A DNA stretch of 64,000 bases from an uncultured Lentisphaerales bacterium. GTDB lineage: Bacteria; Verrucomicrobiota; Lentisphaeria; JABSQK01; UBA12247. The translations under genes were made by a program, and so were the position numbers. The DNA lies in assembly GCA_943788985.1 (NCBI GenBank), contig CALSSJ010000012.1:1-64000 (forward strand), read 5' to 3'. Each line of letters begins with the position of its first letter. Within the stretch, counting starts at the first letter, position 1. Of the stretch, positions 1 to 12,182 are shown in pieces. The notes beneath the pieces are model-generated. The model worked only from the letters and a program-made list of their open reading frames with translations, was not told the origin of the DNA and did not search any database.

Positions 1-628
1 AGGGGTCGGATATTTTCAGGGTCGGATCAACCGGAAGTCCGTTTTCCAGCTGGTGCTTGGAATGGCCAATCGCGTCCGTACCTGGCGCTGGAAACAGATG
101 TGTCATGCACCAGGAATAGTCGAATCCAACGGCTTGGGAGCCGAGCAAACGCTTATTCGGAAAACCGTATGAATCTTTGTGGCCTGGTTCCTTTCCGGGC
201 TTAACCGCATCGGAATAGTTATGCCGGATACCCCACTTCCCGATTTGAGCGCAGTGGTAGTCCTTTCTCTTCAACAAGGACGCTACCGTTGTGCGGCCCT
301 TCTCGATAAATACATCTCTGAATTTCTTCCCGTTGCCAGTACCCCCTTCGCCTCTGCGCCAGGGATAACGCCCCGTCATTAGACCATACCGGCTCGGGCC
401 GCAAATGGCCGCAGGCGTATGCGCGTCCGTGAAGGCCATCCCTTCTTTGGCTAATCGATCAATATTCGGCGTGTGGATTTTGGAATCCGGGTTGTAGCAG
501 GTGACATCGCCATATCCAAGATCATCCAGGTAGATGAAGAGGATATTTGGATTCGAGTTTGCAGCCCACGCAGATACCCCCAACAACAGACCGATTAACA
601 CGAGGTACAACTTCAATGTATTCATCAT
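1..628 (-). CDS. Sulfatase (S1 family), N-terminal part; runs off the window start
   Basis: Manual translation from ATG at 628: MMNTLKLYLVLIGLLLGVSAWAANSNPNILFIYLDDLGYGD...TPNIDRLAKEGMAFTDAH...CGPSRYGLMTGRYP. Shows a signal peptide, PNIxxIxxDD and the CxPxR motif. Confidence 0.9.
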   Translation of the reverse strand, partial: MMNTLKLYLVLIGLLLGVSAWAANSNPNILFIYLDDLGYGDVTCYNPDSKIHTPNIDRLAKEGMAFTDAHTPAAICGPSRYGLMTGRYPWRRGEGGTGNGKKFRDVFIEKGRTTVASLLKRKDYHCAQIGKWGIRHNYSDAVKPGKEPGHKDSYGFPNKRLLGSQAVGFDYSWCMTHLFPAPGTDAIGHSKHQLENGLPVDPTLKISDP

Positions 629-651
629 TTTCTCTTCTTAAAATTTCGCAT

Positions 652-1422
652 TTACTTCTCCGAGTAGGCTTTACCGTTATAGATCTTTAATTGATAGGTT
701 CCGTCCTCTTGTTGTTCGACCATCCAAATTCGTGCATTTTGCAATTTTCTGCTTAGCTTCAACTCATCCTGGAGGAGGAATTTCAACAGCGAACTGCCAG
801 AAATCTGATGACCGGCCAGGAGGATTGATTGATCCGTTCCTCCAAATCGCTGTTTAATCATTTCGATCGCACTCACTGTCGCATGCTTCAAATATGCTGC
901 TTTTACCATGCCTTTACACCCTTCGGGAAAACGGCTGTAGTTATTTTCAGCATCATCGCGCAGCACAAAGAATGGCTGCTCCTCTTCCGGCAGGATGATG
1001 GGCTCTCCCCGATTGAGCATTTCATCCTGAAGAACCGGAATGTCTTCAGACAATATGGAGCCAAACCCTCTCCCCTCTCTCAGTTCAGGCCAGACTTCGG
1101 CTTTACGCTGAGTCTCTTTCAGGTAAGGCAGGATCGTGTTGCGCGCTCTCCACATGGGACTGCTTGCGACAAAATCGAATGAGTATTCTTTTAGTTTCTC
1201 TGTGGCAGCAACCACCTGCTTCTCGCCTGCGGGTGTAAGCATGTCAGGATTTCCCACATAAGCCGGCCATTCAGACTTCGGGACGCCTTTCTCTTTCCAG
1301 GCTTTTTTCACATTATGCCCCGCCTGCGCATGTCGGATGTAGTAGATCTTAAGCCCTGCATCTGCTTGATAGGTGAATGCAAACAGCAGAAAAAGACTTA
1401 AACATTTTTTAATCATTAGCAT
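652..1422 (-). CDS. Secreted histidine phosphatase (phosphoglycerate mutase-like) family protein
   Basis: Signal peptide, then IYYIRHAQ (RHG-like motif), LTPAGEKQ, SSPMWRARNT, LRE and LLAGH. Confidence 0.85.
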   Translation of the reverse strand: MLMIKKCLSLFLLFAFTYQADAGLKIYYIRHAQAGHNVKKAWKEKGVPKSEWPAYVGNPDMLTPAGEKQVVAATEKLKEYSFDFVASSPMWRARNTILPYLKETQRKAEVWPELREGRGFGSILSEDIPVLQDEMLNRGEPIILPEEEQPFFVLRDDAENNYSRFPEGCKGMVKAAYLKHATVSAIEMIKQRFGGTDQSILLAGHQISGSSLLKFLLQDELKLSRKLQNARIWMVEQQEDGTYQLKIYNGKAYSEK

Positions 1423-1451
1423 CTCCTTTAACGGATCGGCTCCCTGCCACC

Positions 1452-3663
1452 TTACTCCGACTGAAAGGGTCGCAACACGTCTCTTTTCCAGGGTTGGCGA
1501 CCGCCTTTAAAGCATCTCTTATTAATGCCCCAAAATCTGCTCTCTTCAGGATATTTCTGCCATTGTTCCAATACGTCATTAAAAGCAGCAGTTGCTTCTT
1601 CATATTCTAGCTGCTTGGCAGCCGCTTTGTCTTTTTTAAGGTCTTGCCCGCGCCACCACATCTCGCGGTATTTAAAAAATAAATTTAAATAGAGCTGCGT
1701 TTTTTCAAGGCCTTCCTTGAGCACCTGATACTCTTCCTTAGATGGCACTTTGCTTGCATCGACTCGGGCAAATGCATCATCCATTTTTGCTATGTATTCA
1801 CGAGCGACCTGATTCCGCTCCAGGATGTGACTTAAGGGCAATTTATTATACATCTTCCCGATCCAGCCTTTATTGATATTTACAATGGTCGCCCATTTGA
1901 AATTGCACGGGTGCTTAGAAAATTCATGTTTTCCACCCAGATAAATTTCACGGAACGCCGCCTGGCTGTTCATCAGCATTTCAGCAACAGCTGCTGCATT
2001 TTCCTGCCCGAAATGGAGGGTGCCCCAGTCGCGGGCAACTTGTTCCGCTGTTAAATTCACATCCCATGTGAGGCGCGCGACGAGGTAGGCATTCATCTGC
2101 CCGGGGGTAAATCCACGGCTATACATTCTGAAGTTGTTCCAGGGGCCAGCCATATCGTAGAAAAACGCCTCTTGCGACTTTAACTGACCGTTGGGCAAAT
2201 AGCCGGGGTGACCGTCGCCCCAGATACACCCCGGTGCCCAAGCACCCCAGGCCTGAATGCCGATGACTCCATGCTCTTTAGCGATCCGGGTCTCTTCGGC
2301 AAACCGCTGCTGGTAACAGAGTAAACGCGACCACCCGTAGTACTGCGGGAAAACATCAAAGGTCATCGTCAGCGGACGCTTTTTGCCCAAGCCGTTCTCG
2401 ATGGCATCGGTCAGCGGAAAACTGAGCCAAAAATCGTCGCCGGTATGTTTGATTTCAAACTGGGCGTCCTCGGGTGTGTTGGCAATCACCTGGTCCGAAT
2501 CTGCAGCACCGTAAGCTACCATCCACGACCTGAAAATGACCTTCTTGCCAACTTGTTTCCCGGCATTGTGGTACATCGTCATCATTTTTCCGGCACCGGC
2601 TTTTCCATACTTTCGCCAAGGCTCCACCGATTTGTAACCTGAGCGCGGCAGCGACTCGGTGGCAGTAATTACCAGTCCGTCGAGATGGACCATTTCAAAC
2701 AGCTCTTTGACCTTGGCTTCGATGATAGTTTTCATCTCCGGATTCAAGATCCAGCTTGTACAATTCGGCCAATTTCGGCGGATACTGAAATTCATACACC
2801 TGCATGAAAACATCGATGTGGCGCGCGTGGGCATAGTCGATGAGATCGTTAAAATGCTTCGCGAACTGCGTTGCTTTAAGGCGATGGACATCGTCCTGGC
2901 CATAGACTTCCTTATCCAAGTATTTGTAGGTGATGTAGTCCTCAAAGTTTACATGCAGGATGGTGAAGGTATTGAATCCCAGCTTCGCCACCTGATCGAT
3001 CACTCGTTTCAGCTCTTCCTTCTCTTTTTCGAACCGTTCATGATTGACCCACGGCTCTTCAAAAAGGTGGTAGCCAACCGACGGCAAATCATACAACTGC
3101 CCCAGCTCGGTATACATCCGCATGGAAAACTCGGGAGCCCTTCGAGGTTGATCTCCCATAGGTTGTCGCCCAGCTGAAGCTGTTCGGCTAATTTGAAGAG
3201 TCCATACATTCCGCCTCTTCGATCGCCTTCAATTGTCAGAATGTTCGCTGTTGCGCCTTGGCCTGGGAAATTCGGTACGCCTCTCCTGTCGAAGGGAAAT
3301 GGCTCTCGTTTTTTCCTGTCCCAAATTCACCCACAATAATCTTGTTTCCATCCGGCAACGGATCGCTCTTGTCGAGGTAGCGGATGGTCGGCCTGATAGC
3401 CTTTCGTCTTCCAAGACGGTTCTTAATTCTCTCAGGGCCAGGTCATATCCGGCATCCGTTTCCAGTTGCGTCGGGAGCAGGATGGATAGGCTTGATGCGG
3501 GAGCATGAACATTGGCTGGCTGCTCAGATTGTTCGGCAGCCGCGGGTAAAGCAAGCAAGGCTATGGCGACGGCAAATCTGGGAAGGATTGCCTTCGCGAC
3601 TTTGATGAATTTCATGAAGTGAGGTGTATTCATTGCCATTATTCCGTTATGTATTTCGTTCAT
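1452..3663 (-). CDS. Secreted putative glycoside hydrolase of unassigned family (GH20/GH67-type N-domain plus probable barrel); frameshifted; paralog of 13988-16122
   Basis: ORF pieces 3229-3663, 3009-3209, 2695-3159 and 1452-2945 align colinearly with the 13988-16122 protein. Frameshifts near 3230-3370, 3140 and 2735. Confidence 0.65.
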
Positions 3664-3665
3664 TG

Positions 3666-3693
3666 GCGGCTATTTCGCCTGGGGGTGTTCGGT
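3666..3693 (-). repeat. Internally deleted attC-like remnant
   Basis: Minus strand ACCGAAC-ACCCC-CAGGCG-AAATAGCCGC keeps the R''-like box and the CAGGCG/AAATAGCCGC core shared with the other junction repeats. Confidence 0.45.
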
Positions 3694-3710
3694 TTGACGC
3701 TTTCCTATTC

Positions 3711-4866
3711 TCACCAGTAGCCAGCGTCCTGACAGGCGGTGCCTGTTTCACGATCGAAGTAGTACGTCGCCCCGGCGGCACTCCTCTTGTGCGGTCCTCT
3801 GTATCGTGTCGCATTCTCCAGCGCTTCCCAAACGATGGGGGGGGGCAAAAATGATTTCCGATGAGCGAACCTTCGGCTCGTAGCGTCCCACGGGAGAGCC
3901 TTCACGCGCTGCCGTGATATCTTCCTCGCTGTAGTGCTCCCACGATTTCGGCTGGGCGGAAACCTCTTCTCGGTAGCGCCTCCAGACGTCTGCCAGGAAC
4001 GTGTCGAAGGCCTCCGCTGAGATGCGGTAATGCGCCATGTGCCCGCTGCGATCGCTGACCAGTTTGATGTCCGTGGCTTCCACCGGCAGGTAGCGCATGA
4101 CCCGGGGATCGGAGATCTCCGCCCCCTTTTTGAAGCGGTGCATCCCAGCCAGGAACTCAGGCTTGTCAGCCTCCTGGAGCACATCACCTGCCCGGGCAGT
4201 CGCCCCACCGGTCGCGATCTGTCCGCTTGGCAGATTCTCACTGTTCTGAATAGAGATCTTGCCGTCGGGAGCGACGATCATCTCGAATGCCGGTGCCGCC
4301 GCATCCTCCTCCTGCCCGGCTGCCTGCTTGCCCTGTTTTCCGGGCATGCCCCCGGGAGTCCAGCTGACTGACTGCTTTTCCGCATCCCATTGTCCGTCAA
4401 AAATCGTGGGCGGGACCTTGGGCCTTTGCATGAGGTGGGCCTCGGAGTAGGGCAGGGGACCAAAGCGGACCAGCATCAGGGCGAAGTGTTGTTCTTTATC
4501 GGACACCGCCAAGAACTGCTCGACGATTGCGTGTTGCGGATTCTTCGCGGGCCAGGACCAGATCAGGCTCCAGGCCGATGTCATGCCTCCTTGCGAACCG
4601 CCCGTGGCCACGAGCTTTCCGGAAAAGGCGGTGGTACTGTCGCCCGCAGCGGACTCCGCCTCGAACGACCAAGTTCCGCGGGCTGCATTGAGCCCCTTGA
4701 ACAGGGCAAGCTGATCGGGCGCAAAGCTCTTGGGCAGTGTCCATCCAAGCGCCTGCCAGTCGGCGGAGACTTCCGACTCCGGTGTCTGAGCGGCGGCTTG
4801 CCGCGACGACGCCAGGAAGGCGATGGTGCAGAGGAATATGGTGACAATTGGGCGTACGTGTCTCAT
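3711..4866 (-). CDS. Secreted hypothetical protein; probable frameshift at a G9 tract (3837-3845)
   Basis: 372-aa ORF with signal peptide (..SSRQAAA|Q). An alternative frame after the G-run gives a plausible C-terminus ..GATYYFDRETGTACQDAGYW* ending at 3711. Confidence 0.65.
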
Positions 4867-4873
4867 CTTACTC

Positions 4874-6850
4874 TTAGTCGCTTCTGGATTTGATACTGGG
4901 CAGATCGCGCACTCCCGTGATAAAACACCCCGATGACCGGGTCGTGTTTCCTTTCATCGTTGGGAAGTTGCCACCCGGGTTGCCGTCTCTATCCATCATG
5001 TTAGCAGTAATGACGTATCTGCCCAGCTCCGGGATGTAGGCGATGTCCGGGTCCTGGATGCGGTAGTTGTCCCAGTCATCCACTTCGTCTGAGCGCGGGG
5101 TGATCGCTTTGCCCACGTACTCGAAGGGCTTATTAATGTCCTTGGATTTCCAGGCCACGACCTTGTAGGGGCTGCCCTTGGATTCGCGGTCGCAGTAGAT
5201 GTAATACTCTCCTCCGATCTTTTCGATGGTGGCATCTCCGACGCCGTAGGTGTGCCCGCCATCGGGATTGGGATCAACAGCCTTGGCGTTGACCAGTTTC
5301 CAGTCGCCCAATCCGGTGGTGGAGCTGAAGTGCGCCAGGCTGGTGCCATCCGGCCCGTGCGGGAAGTCACCGTGCTCGCCGAACATGTGAAACACGCCAT
5401 CCTCGTAATAGATGCCGATGTCATCGCACTGCTTGAAGGGAAAGGTGCCGGCCGCTTTCCATTTCCCGCTGGCTTCCTCAAGAGGCCCTGAGAAGGTGTA
5501 CACGATTCCTTCTTCGTAGAGATAGTAAGTGCCGTCGACCTTCACGCCGTCATCGTACTCGTAGTGTTTGCCGATGATGTATTGGTCAGAAACGAGCTCC
5601 CAGTCCGCACTGCTCCAGGAGAACTTCTTGGCCCGCCAGAGATGAGCGGCTTCCTCGGTATGGCTGATGATCAAGTGGTAGGGGTATTCCAGCTCCGGAT
5701 CGACGAAGAGCACAGAGTCATGGTTGTTGCCAAAGGTTGAGGTAAAGACCGGGTTGTCGACCGGACGCTTCCAATCCAGAGCAGCGAATCCGGACGCCTC
5801 GGCAGCGGCTGCATCTGGCTTGTTCGCGAATGGGGCGGGGCTGTCGCCAATTCGTTTCATCCCCCCGGAGAGTTCGCCGTGGGGTCTTCCAAGCACGGGA
5901 CTTGGTTGCTTGGCTAGCGTAAAGGTAGCGACTACGGCGCGATGGTCAGAAGGGTAGGGGGAAACAACGATGTCCGCCATCTCTTCATTTTCTCCGACGA
6001 TCTTTGCCTCCGTCAGCTCGATGTCTTTGCCTTTGAAATACACAAAATCGATGCGATCAAGGTGCGTCGTGGGATCATCGGTTGTTTTCGTGGGGGGCCA
6101 GGTGAAGCCGGGCTTTGCCATCTCGTCGGGATAGATACTGCGATAAGAATCAATAAAGCCTGCTTTGGTCATAGCCAGAGAATTCGGGTATGCCACCTTC
6201 ATGGGATGGCGACCGGACTTGGCTGCTGCTTCGGTCCAGTCAAGGTGTGACGGTTCATTGAAATCGCCTACCACAAAAACAGGGGCCTCTTTGTCGGGGA
6301 GATTCCGTATCTGATTGAGAAGTGTCGAGATTTCCTCTCCACGTGCCTTTTTAGCTGCTTCAATCGCTTCGGCTTCGGTCTTGATGAACGGGAGTATCCT
6401 TGTGTTTATGCCACTTTGGTTGGATGCTCAAAAGCTGGTACGGTTGATAGGGGTTTGATGGCAAGTGCAGGCTGAACACATAGGCTTCCTGGCCCGTAGG
6501 CAGTTTGACCTTAATGCCACCGTTGAGGTTTCGACAATTTCATAAGGCGTTAAGATGATTCCTTTTCTAATGTTCGCAGAATGATTCCAGCCCAGTAAGC
6601 TTGCCAATTTCTCTGTGGTAAATCCCTTCGGGCTCTTTGGTTCCTGTATGCCGACAATATCTGCCTTGGCCTCCTGAATCACCTTCACTGTTTGCGATAG
6701 CGGTTGCCCGAGCATCTCGCCACCGCGATAGATGTTGTACGACATTACCCTCACGGTGGACTCGTCGGCTTGCGCGTGAAAGGGCGTCCCCAAAGCCAGC
6801 CCGAGTACGAGCAGTAATCCTCTGGTAAGTGTGCTGATTGTATGCTTCAT
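4874..6850 (-). CDS. EEP (endonuclease/exonuclease/phosphatase) domain fused to a five-bladed beta-propeller glycosidase-like domain (GH43/GH117/GH130-type fold); frameshifted
   Basis: EEP motifs VMSYNI..DIVGIQE, VGDFNEPSHLDW, DRIDFVY and PSDHRAV, followed by WKRPVDNPV, HDSVL, GVGDATI and IQDPDI (propeller-type motifs). Frameshifts at about 6330-6540. Confidence 0.75.
5806..5827 (-). repeat. attC-like left half embedded in-frame in an inter-domain linker
   Basis: Minus strand GCGAAC-AAGCC-AGATGCAGCCG (translated NKPDAA) matches the AAC-AAGCC-GGATGCAGGCG arm seen at 13953-13996 and 33141-33170. Confidence 0.5.
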
Positions 6851-9800
6851 CGTTCTCTCTTGTTTCTCGCCTGTTTATCCGTCAAACTGCCACGGCTTTC
6901 GACCGGCAGTGGTCCGCTGACACCAGGATCAGGTGGCGTGCTGCCGGCTCCTGTTCTGCCCATGCCCCCTTGCGGCGAAGCAGCGGTCCAGAAAGAGCCT
7001 TCCTCCTGAACCTGGGATTCAAAGGCCGTCAACTTTTCCAGCATTTCCTCGACACGCTTCGGTTGTTCTCCGGCGCGGTCGATTCTCTCTCCGAGATCCT
7101 GTTCTACTTGGAACAAGATCGGGGTGTCACGGGAGGCCTGGAACCCATAGTTGTTGCCTGTTTGCGAGGCGATGCGGATGTGCATCTTCCAGGGCCCGAT
7201 GCGAAGGGCTGAAGGCATGTTGTCCTTCCATGAATAGTAGAATTCGAACGCCGGCACATTTGCCTTGTGCGTGTGCGGCATCAAATACGGGCTGATGTCG
7301 CGGCCGTCGATCGACCGATCCTTCGGCAGGTCAGCGCCAGCCAGGGCAAACACCGTGGGCAGGATGTCCAGCGTGCTGACCGGAGACTGCTCGACGGAAT
7401 TGGCAGGTATCGTGCCTGGCCAGCAGAAGATCCCGGGAACGCGGTGGCCCCCTTCCCAGGTCGAGCCTTTGCCATCCCGGAACGGTTGTGCGTAGCCGAC
7501 GTGAAGGCGCGCTTCACCATATTTGCGGTGACTCGCGGTATCCTGAAAGGTGATCCATGGGCCATTGTCCGAGGAGAAGATGATCAGCGTGTTCTTCGTG
7601 AGTCCGGCCTCTTCGACGGCGTTGCGTATGCGTCCAACACTGTCATCAATTTCCGCCATGACATCCCCGAGTAGCCCTCTTCGTGATCTGCCAAGGAAAT
7701 CCTCAATCGCGTAGAGTCCGAGGTGCGGCATGTTGAACGGAATGTAGGCGAAGAATGGGCTCTCCTTGCTCTTCTTGATGAATGAGATAGCTGCCTCGGT
7801 AGAGCGCTTTGTCAGGGAGGCGCAGATCTCGGGGTGTGAAGGCAGATCCCTGGCGATCACCGACTTCCGGATCAGCGAATCTCCGAGCTCGATTCGGTTC
7901 GCGGTGGGGATCGGGTAGTAGCAGTAGGGGATATTGAAGTCCCAGTGAGAATCTGCCCAGATCGAGGGCGTCTGCCAAATACTGGCGGTATCGATCATCG
8001 CTCTGTCAGCACGCGTGGCGGATCCCAGTTTATACATGGTTGTCCAGTACATCGTCTCCACCCCTGTGTCCGGCACGCTGACAAAGCCAGCGGGATAATA
8101 GGCGTGCCACCAGTCGTAGTGCTTCTGCTTCCAGGCGGCATAGGCATCTGCATCCATGTCACAGACCTTGCTCACCGCCGCAACGGCCTCGGCGATGGGA
8201 TCATTGCTTTTCTTTGGCCAGCGGTTGGCAATGCTGACGACCAGACGCTGTTTGCCTTTTCCGGTCGCAACCATCTTCCAGGCGGTCACATGACGGGAAC
8301 CGCCCAGCAGGTCCTGGATACAGACATTGACCCCGTCGACGACCTTGACGACCGGATCTGGGTTGGGTGCAAACACCTTCGTCGGGTAGTTCGAACGATA
8401 CTTCTTCCTTAGGCGTGGGAGTTTCCTTTCGCTTGTTGCGTAGCCTTTTCGGCTCGGCATGGAGGAGGCCGGTTTCCATGTCAGCGATACCGGTGCATCA
8501 CCTGATTCCAGATCCGTGACAATCACCATATCTTTCGAATGGGTAAATTGCCGTATATTCAGATCGGATTCCATCGTTTGGATCGAGCCGGACACCTCTG
8601 CGTCATGCAGTGATAAGCGCAGGTTACAACCCACCGGTTTTGTTTCTGGTTTCAGATAAAAGGATCCGATCTGTAAGCGTGCGCGGGTATAGCTGATGGA
8701 GCCCTGCGTCATCGGCCGATGCGCCTGCACGTCACCACGGAAGACCTGGAGTCGGAGAGCATCTTTTTCGACCCATGACATCGACCCAATCATGCCGTTG
8801 CCCGTCCACGGCGCCTCTCGCCAGTTGCCGGGTAAACGCTTCCAGATCATGTCATGACGGGCAAGAAACGCGGGCCAGTCGATGTCCGTCTTCACCTGTG
8901 CGGAACTGTTCGGCCTCACTTTTGCTGCCAACTGCTGTTTCTTGATGGCAGACGTCAGGTTTGGGTACCAAGGGTTCTCTGTGCGATTGGAACCAAACAA
9001 CTTCTCTGCGCGCTCGACCAGATCCTGTCGCTTGGAAGCCAAATCCTGTTTGCACCCGGGATCATCGAAGACCTCAAAGACACGAACGGGTTCACCGGGC
9101 TTCATGCGAAGAGCAAAGAAGCGCTCGTCCAGCAATACGGACTGCACATTACGTCCTAAGGTCCCCTGTTCCCAGTAGAGGAACTCACGCTGTGGAACAT
9201 CGCTATCGTCTCCTGCGAAAAGCGGCAGGAAGCTAACCCCATCCGTCTTCGCCGCGGTCGTGCCGGCCATCGCAGCGAAAGTCGCTTTGAGGTCATAGCA
9301 CGACACGGCACGCTCTGTTTCGCCGGTTTTCACCATGCCGGGACCCCAGGCAATGAACGGGACGATGACGCCACCGTTGGCGGCAATCAACTTCCCACGG
9401 TCCCACGGCCCTTTGTTCTTGAGCACAGGGTCATCTTTCCAGCGCACTTTCTTCGACGCCTTCGTGTAGCCCCAGGCCGAGTAGCCGTTGTCCGAGGTAA
9501 AGAGGACCAGCGTGTTCTCATCGAGCCCCTGGACCTTCAGTTCGTCTAGAATAGCGCCGACCGACCGATCCATGTGGGTCACCTGTCCGGCCCAACGCTT
9601 CTGATCGTCGGTCCATGGCGCCGGCTTGTCTTTCAATTCGCGCAGTTCCTTTCGGCCACTCCGCGTGCGTCAGCGTCGAAGCATAGTACATGAAGAATGG
9701 TTTCGTGTGAGGCGTGCGCAGAAACTTGATCGCCTCTTCCATGTAGATATCTTCGCAGTACCCGCATCGCTGACGGATTCGGCATGCCGCCCGGAACAAA

Positions 9801-10434
9801 CCGCCCCTCTTTGTCAAAACGGTTGTCAGGGTGTCCGATATGGAAGCCTTTGTTTTCCGGGATTTCCTCGGCAACACCATTCCGCCACAGACGGGTCGGG
9901 TAGATGTACTGTGCGCGCTTGTTCTTCTCGTGATCAAAACAAAGCGAATGCTCGAATCCTTGCAGGTGGGGCATGCCCGGCGTGCCGGGTTCACCCACGT
10001 GCCACTTTCCAATCTGACACGTCGTATAGCCGGCAGAACCCAAGGACATGGGCGATGGTTTCGTCATCTGGAAGCAGGTAAGGACGTTTGTGCAGTTTCG
10101 GCCGCACGTCGGTCATCAGCCTCCGAAACGTGCAGTGCCCCATATCACGACCGGTCAGCAGGCCTGCCCGGGACGGCGCGCACTCAGGGGCGGCGGCATA
10201 GGCATTGCTGAAGACCATGCCTTCCCGTGCCATGCGGTCGATGTTCGGTGTCGAAAACTCTTTCTGTCCAAAATGGCTGATATCCCAGTAGGAGAGGTCA
10301 TCGGCGAGAATGAGAATGATATTGGGCGGCTCTGTATCGTTGCCTTTAGCGAGCAATGATTGCGGGGAGTATTGCGCACGAGGCCAACAGTGCGCTGACG
10401 GTGCATGAAAAGTCATTTTGCTGATTGTTTTCAT
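6847..10434 (-). CDS. Chimeric protein: sulfatase + truncated GH95-like domain + C-terminal half of a second sulfatase; frameshifted in the 5' part
   Basis: PPNIILILADDL..CAPSRAGLLTGR (9991-10434); FTSDNG..WEQG; DIDWPAFLARHDMIWKRLPGNWREAPWTGNG (GH95-like N-terminus); abrupt switch near 7865 to PFFAYIPFNMPH..FSSDNGP..GKGSTWEGGHRVP. Confidence 0.75.
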
Positions 10435-10449
10435 GTGTGTTCCCTCTTG

Positions 10450-10509
10450 GTCGAACACTGCGGATCAGACGTCCCGCTTAGAGGGATCGCCTGCACCCTA
10501 TTTGTCAGC
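10450..10509 (-). repeat. Near-complete attC-like site (60 bp)
   Basis: Minus strand GCTGAC-AAATAG-GGTGCAGGCG-ATCCCTCTAAGCGGGA-CGTCTGATCC-GCAGT-GTTCGAC. L-box arms with an unpaired C, inner hairpin and GTT-containing R' box; lies between two genes. Confidence 0.6.
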
Positions 10510-10531
10510 ATCTTGATTACCTGGCTTTGGC

Positions 10532-12137
10532 TTACTTGGGTTTCGAGACGGTCGTAACGTGGGTGCAATTCGCCTTTTTCACATAAGTCGGGGTGTCCGT
10601 AACACCTTTGGCTGTAACGGACAATTGCGAGTCATGGACATCATCCAGGACGATCGCCGGCCTGGCGTCCTTCCGCTTGATCGTCACATTGACGTTCTTC
10701 ATCGTAAGTCCTTTGACATGGCGCACGTAGAAGCCGTAGGCCGGAAGCACACCGAACATTCTGTTCTCCGGATATCCCCTGCCTTTCTCAGGAATAACCC
10801 GGGCCGCGTCCTTTGCGGTGCATTCCGTGAATCCACCCAGGATTTCAATCTCCACATTCTCGATGGTGACGTTCTCCACGTTGTGCTTCCCGACCCCGGT
10901 AATGCTGGACGCGTACACACGATATTTGTGGGCCGTCTCTCTCTCGGTGAATCGTTTGCATTTGTGCACCGTCGCCTTGATCCCGCTGATGTGGACGCCT
11001 CGAATGGTCCCGGTCGCAACCTTCTCCATTGATCCATCCGGTAAATACAGAGGCCGGTTGCGGTTGCCCAGTTTGATGAAGATTGGCGTGTGGACCCTCT
11101 CCATCGTGATGTTCCGGATGATCACGTTGCTCATTTCGCCACCGTCGACCACTTCCAGTGCCAGGCCTGAGATCCGGTATTGTGGATTGTATTGTTCTCG
11201 ATCAGAATGTTCCGAAATCCGCCGCTGGAGTCGGTTCCTGCCTTAATCGCATTGCAGAGACTTCGCACCCTGTTGTTGCGTATGACAACGTTCCGGCACC
11301 CCTCACGTGTGTACCCCTTCAGACAGATGCCATCGTCCATTGAGTCGATATCGCAGTTCTCCACGAGCACATCTTCGCAATCCAGAATGTCACAGCCGTC
11401 ATTATTCGAGAAGTTACTGTCGTATACCCGGATCCCGTCGACATGGAGATTCTTGCATCGCGTATATACCTGCGTCCAGAATCCGGCAGACGTTAACGAG
11501 ACACCCTGTATGTGGGTGTTCTTGCACTCGTCGAACCAGATGAGTGTTGGTCGGTGCTTGATTTTGCGCTCGCCGCTCTTGAAATCGTTCTCCACCTGAC
11601 TGTTCCCGTTCAGTGTGCCTTCGCCCGTGACTGAGATGTTGCTTGCGTTTTGTGCGAAAATCAAACTGCGCATCAACCATACCGAATAGCGGGCGGGCGT
11701 TGCCGGTTTCTGTGGTGGGTATTCACGAATCCATGGGCTGCCCAGCAAAACGGCATCCTTTTCCAGGTGCAGGCGAATGTTGTCGGTCAGGACGATCGTA
11801 CCGGACAGGAAGGTGCCTTTGGGGATGATCACGATTCCGCCACCGGCCGCCGCGGCGGCATCAATGGTCTTCTGGATCGCTACCGTACAGAGAACCTCGC
11901 CCCCCTCCTTTGCGCCATGGTCAGTAATCAGGAATTCTTTGAGATCTTTTCTCGATGGCGCCTGGTAGATGTTTTTCGTGACTCGTTCAAAGGGTTCTAA
12001 TTGAGAGGGCATCACTACGGACATCGTATCTTCAATAGCACTGTTTTTCCCATTCTCTCCCGCAAACGATAGGCTGCAGCAGGCCGCGGATACAAATCCC
12101 GAGCAAAGAGCATGTAAGGTATCTGTTTCATTTTCAT
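10532..12137 (-). CDS. GH28-family (pectin lyase fold) glycoside hydrolase; frameshifted
   Basis: ITDHGAKEGG..AIQKTIDAAAAAGGGIVIIPKGTFLSGTI, NNDGCD, DSMDDGICLKG, NAIKAG; C-terminal part LPAYGFYVRHVKGL. Frameshift near 11165 and in the signal region; start uncertain. Confidence 0.85.
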
Positions 12138-12182
12138 TATGATGGTTCCTTTAATTTGCGGTGGCTTAACTGAAACTTATGT

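Noticed and set aside
6916..6934. Possible attC right half ACCTGATCC-TGGT-GTCAGC
   Set aside because: GTT is absent and the spacer is short, so it is too weak to list, although its position at a gene end is suggestive.
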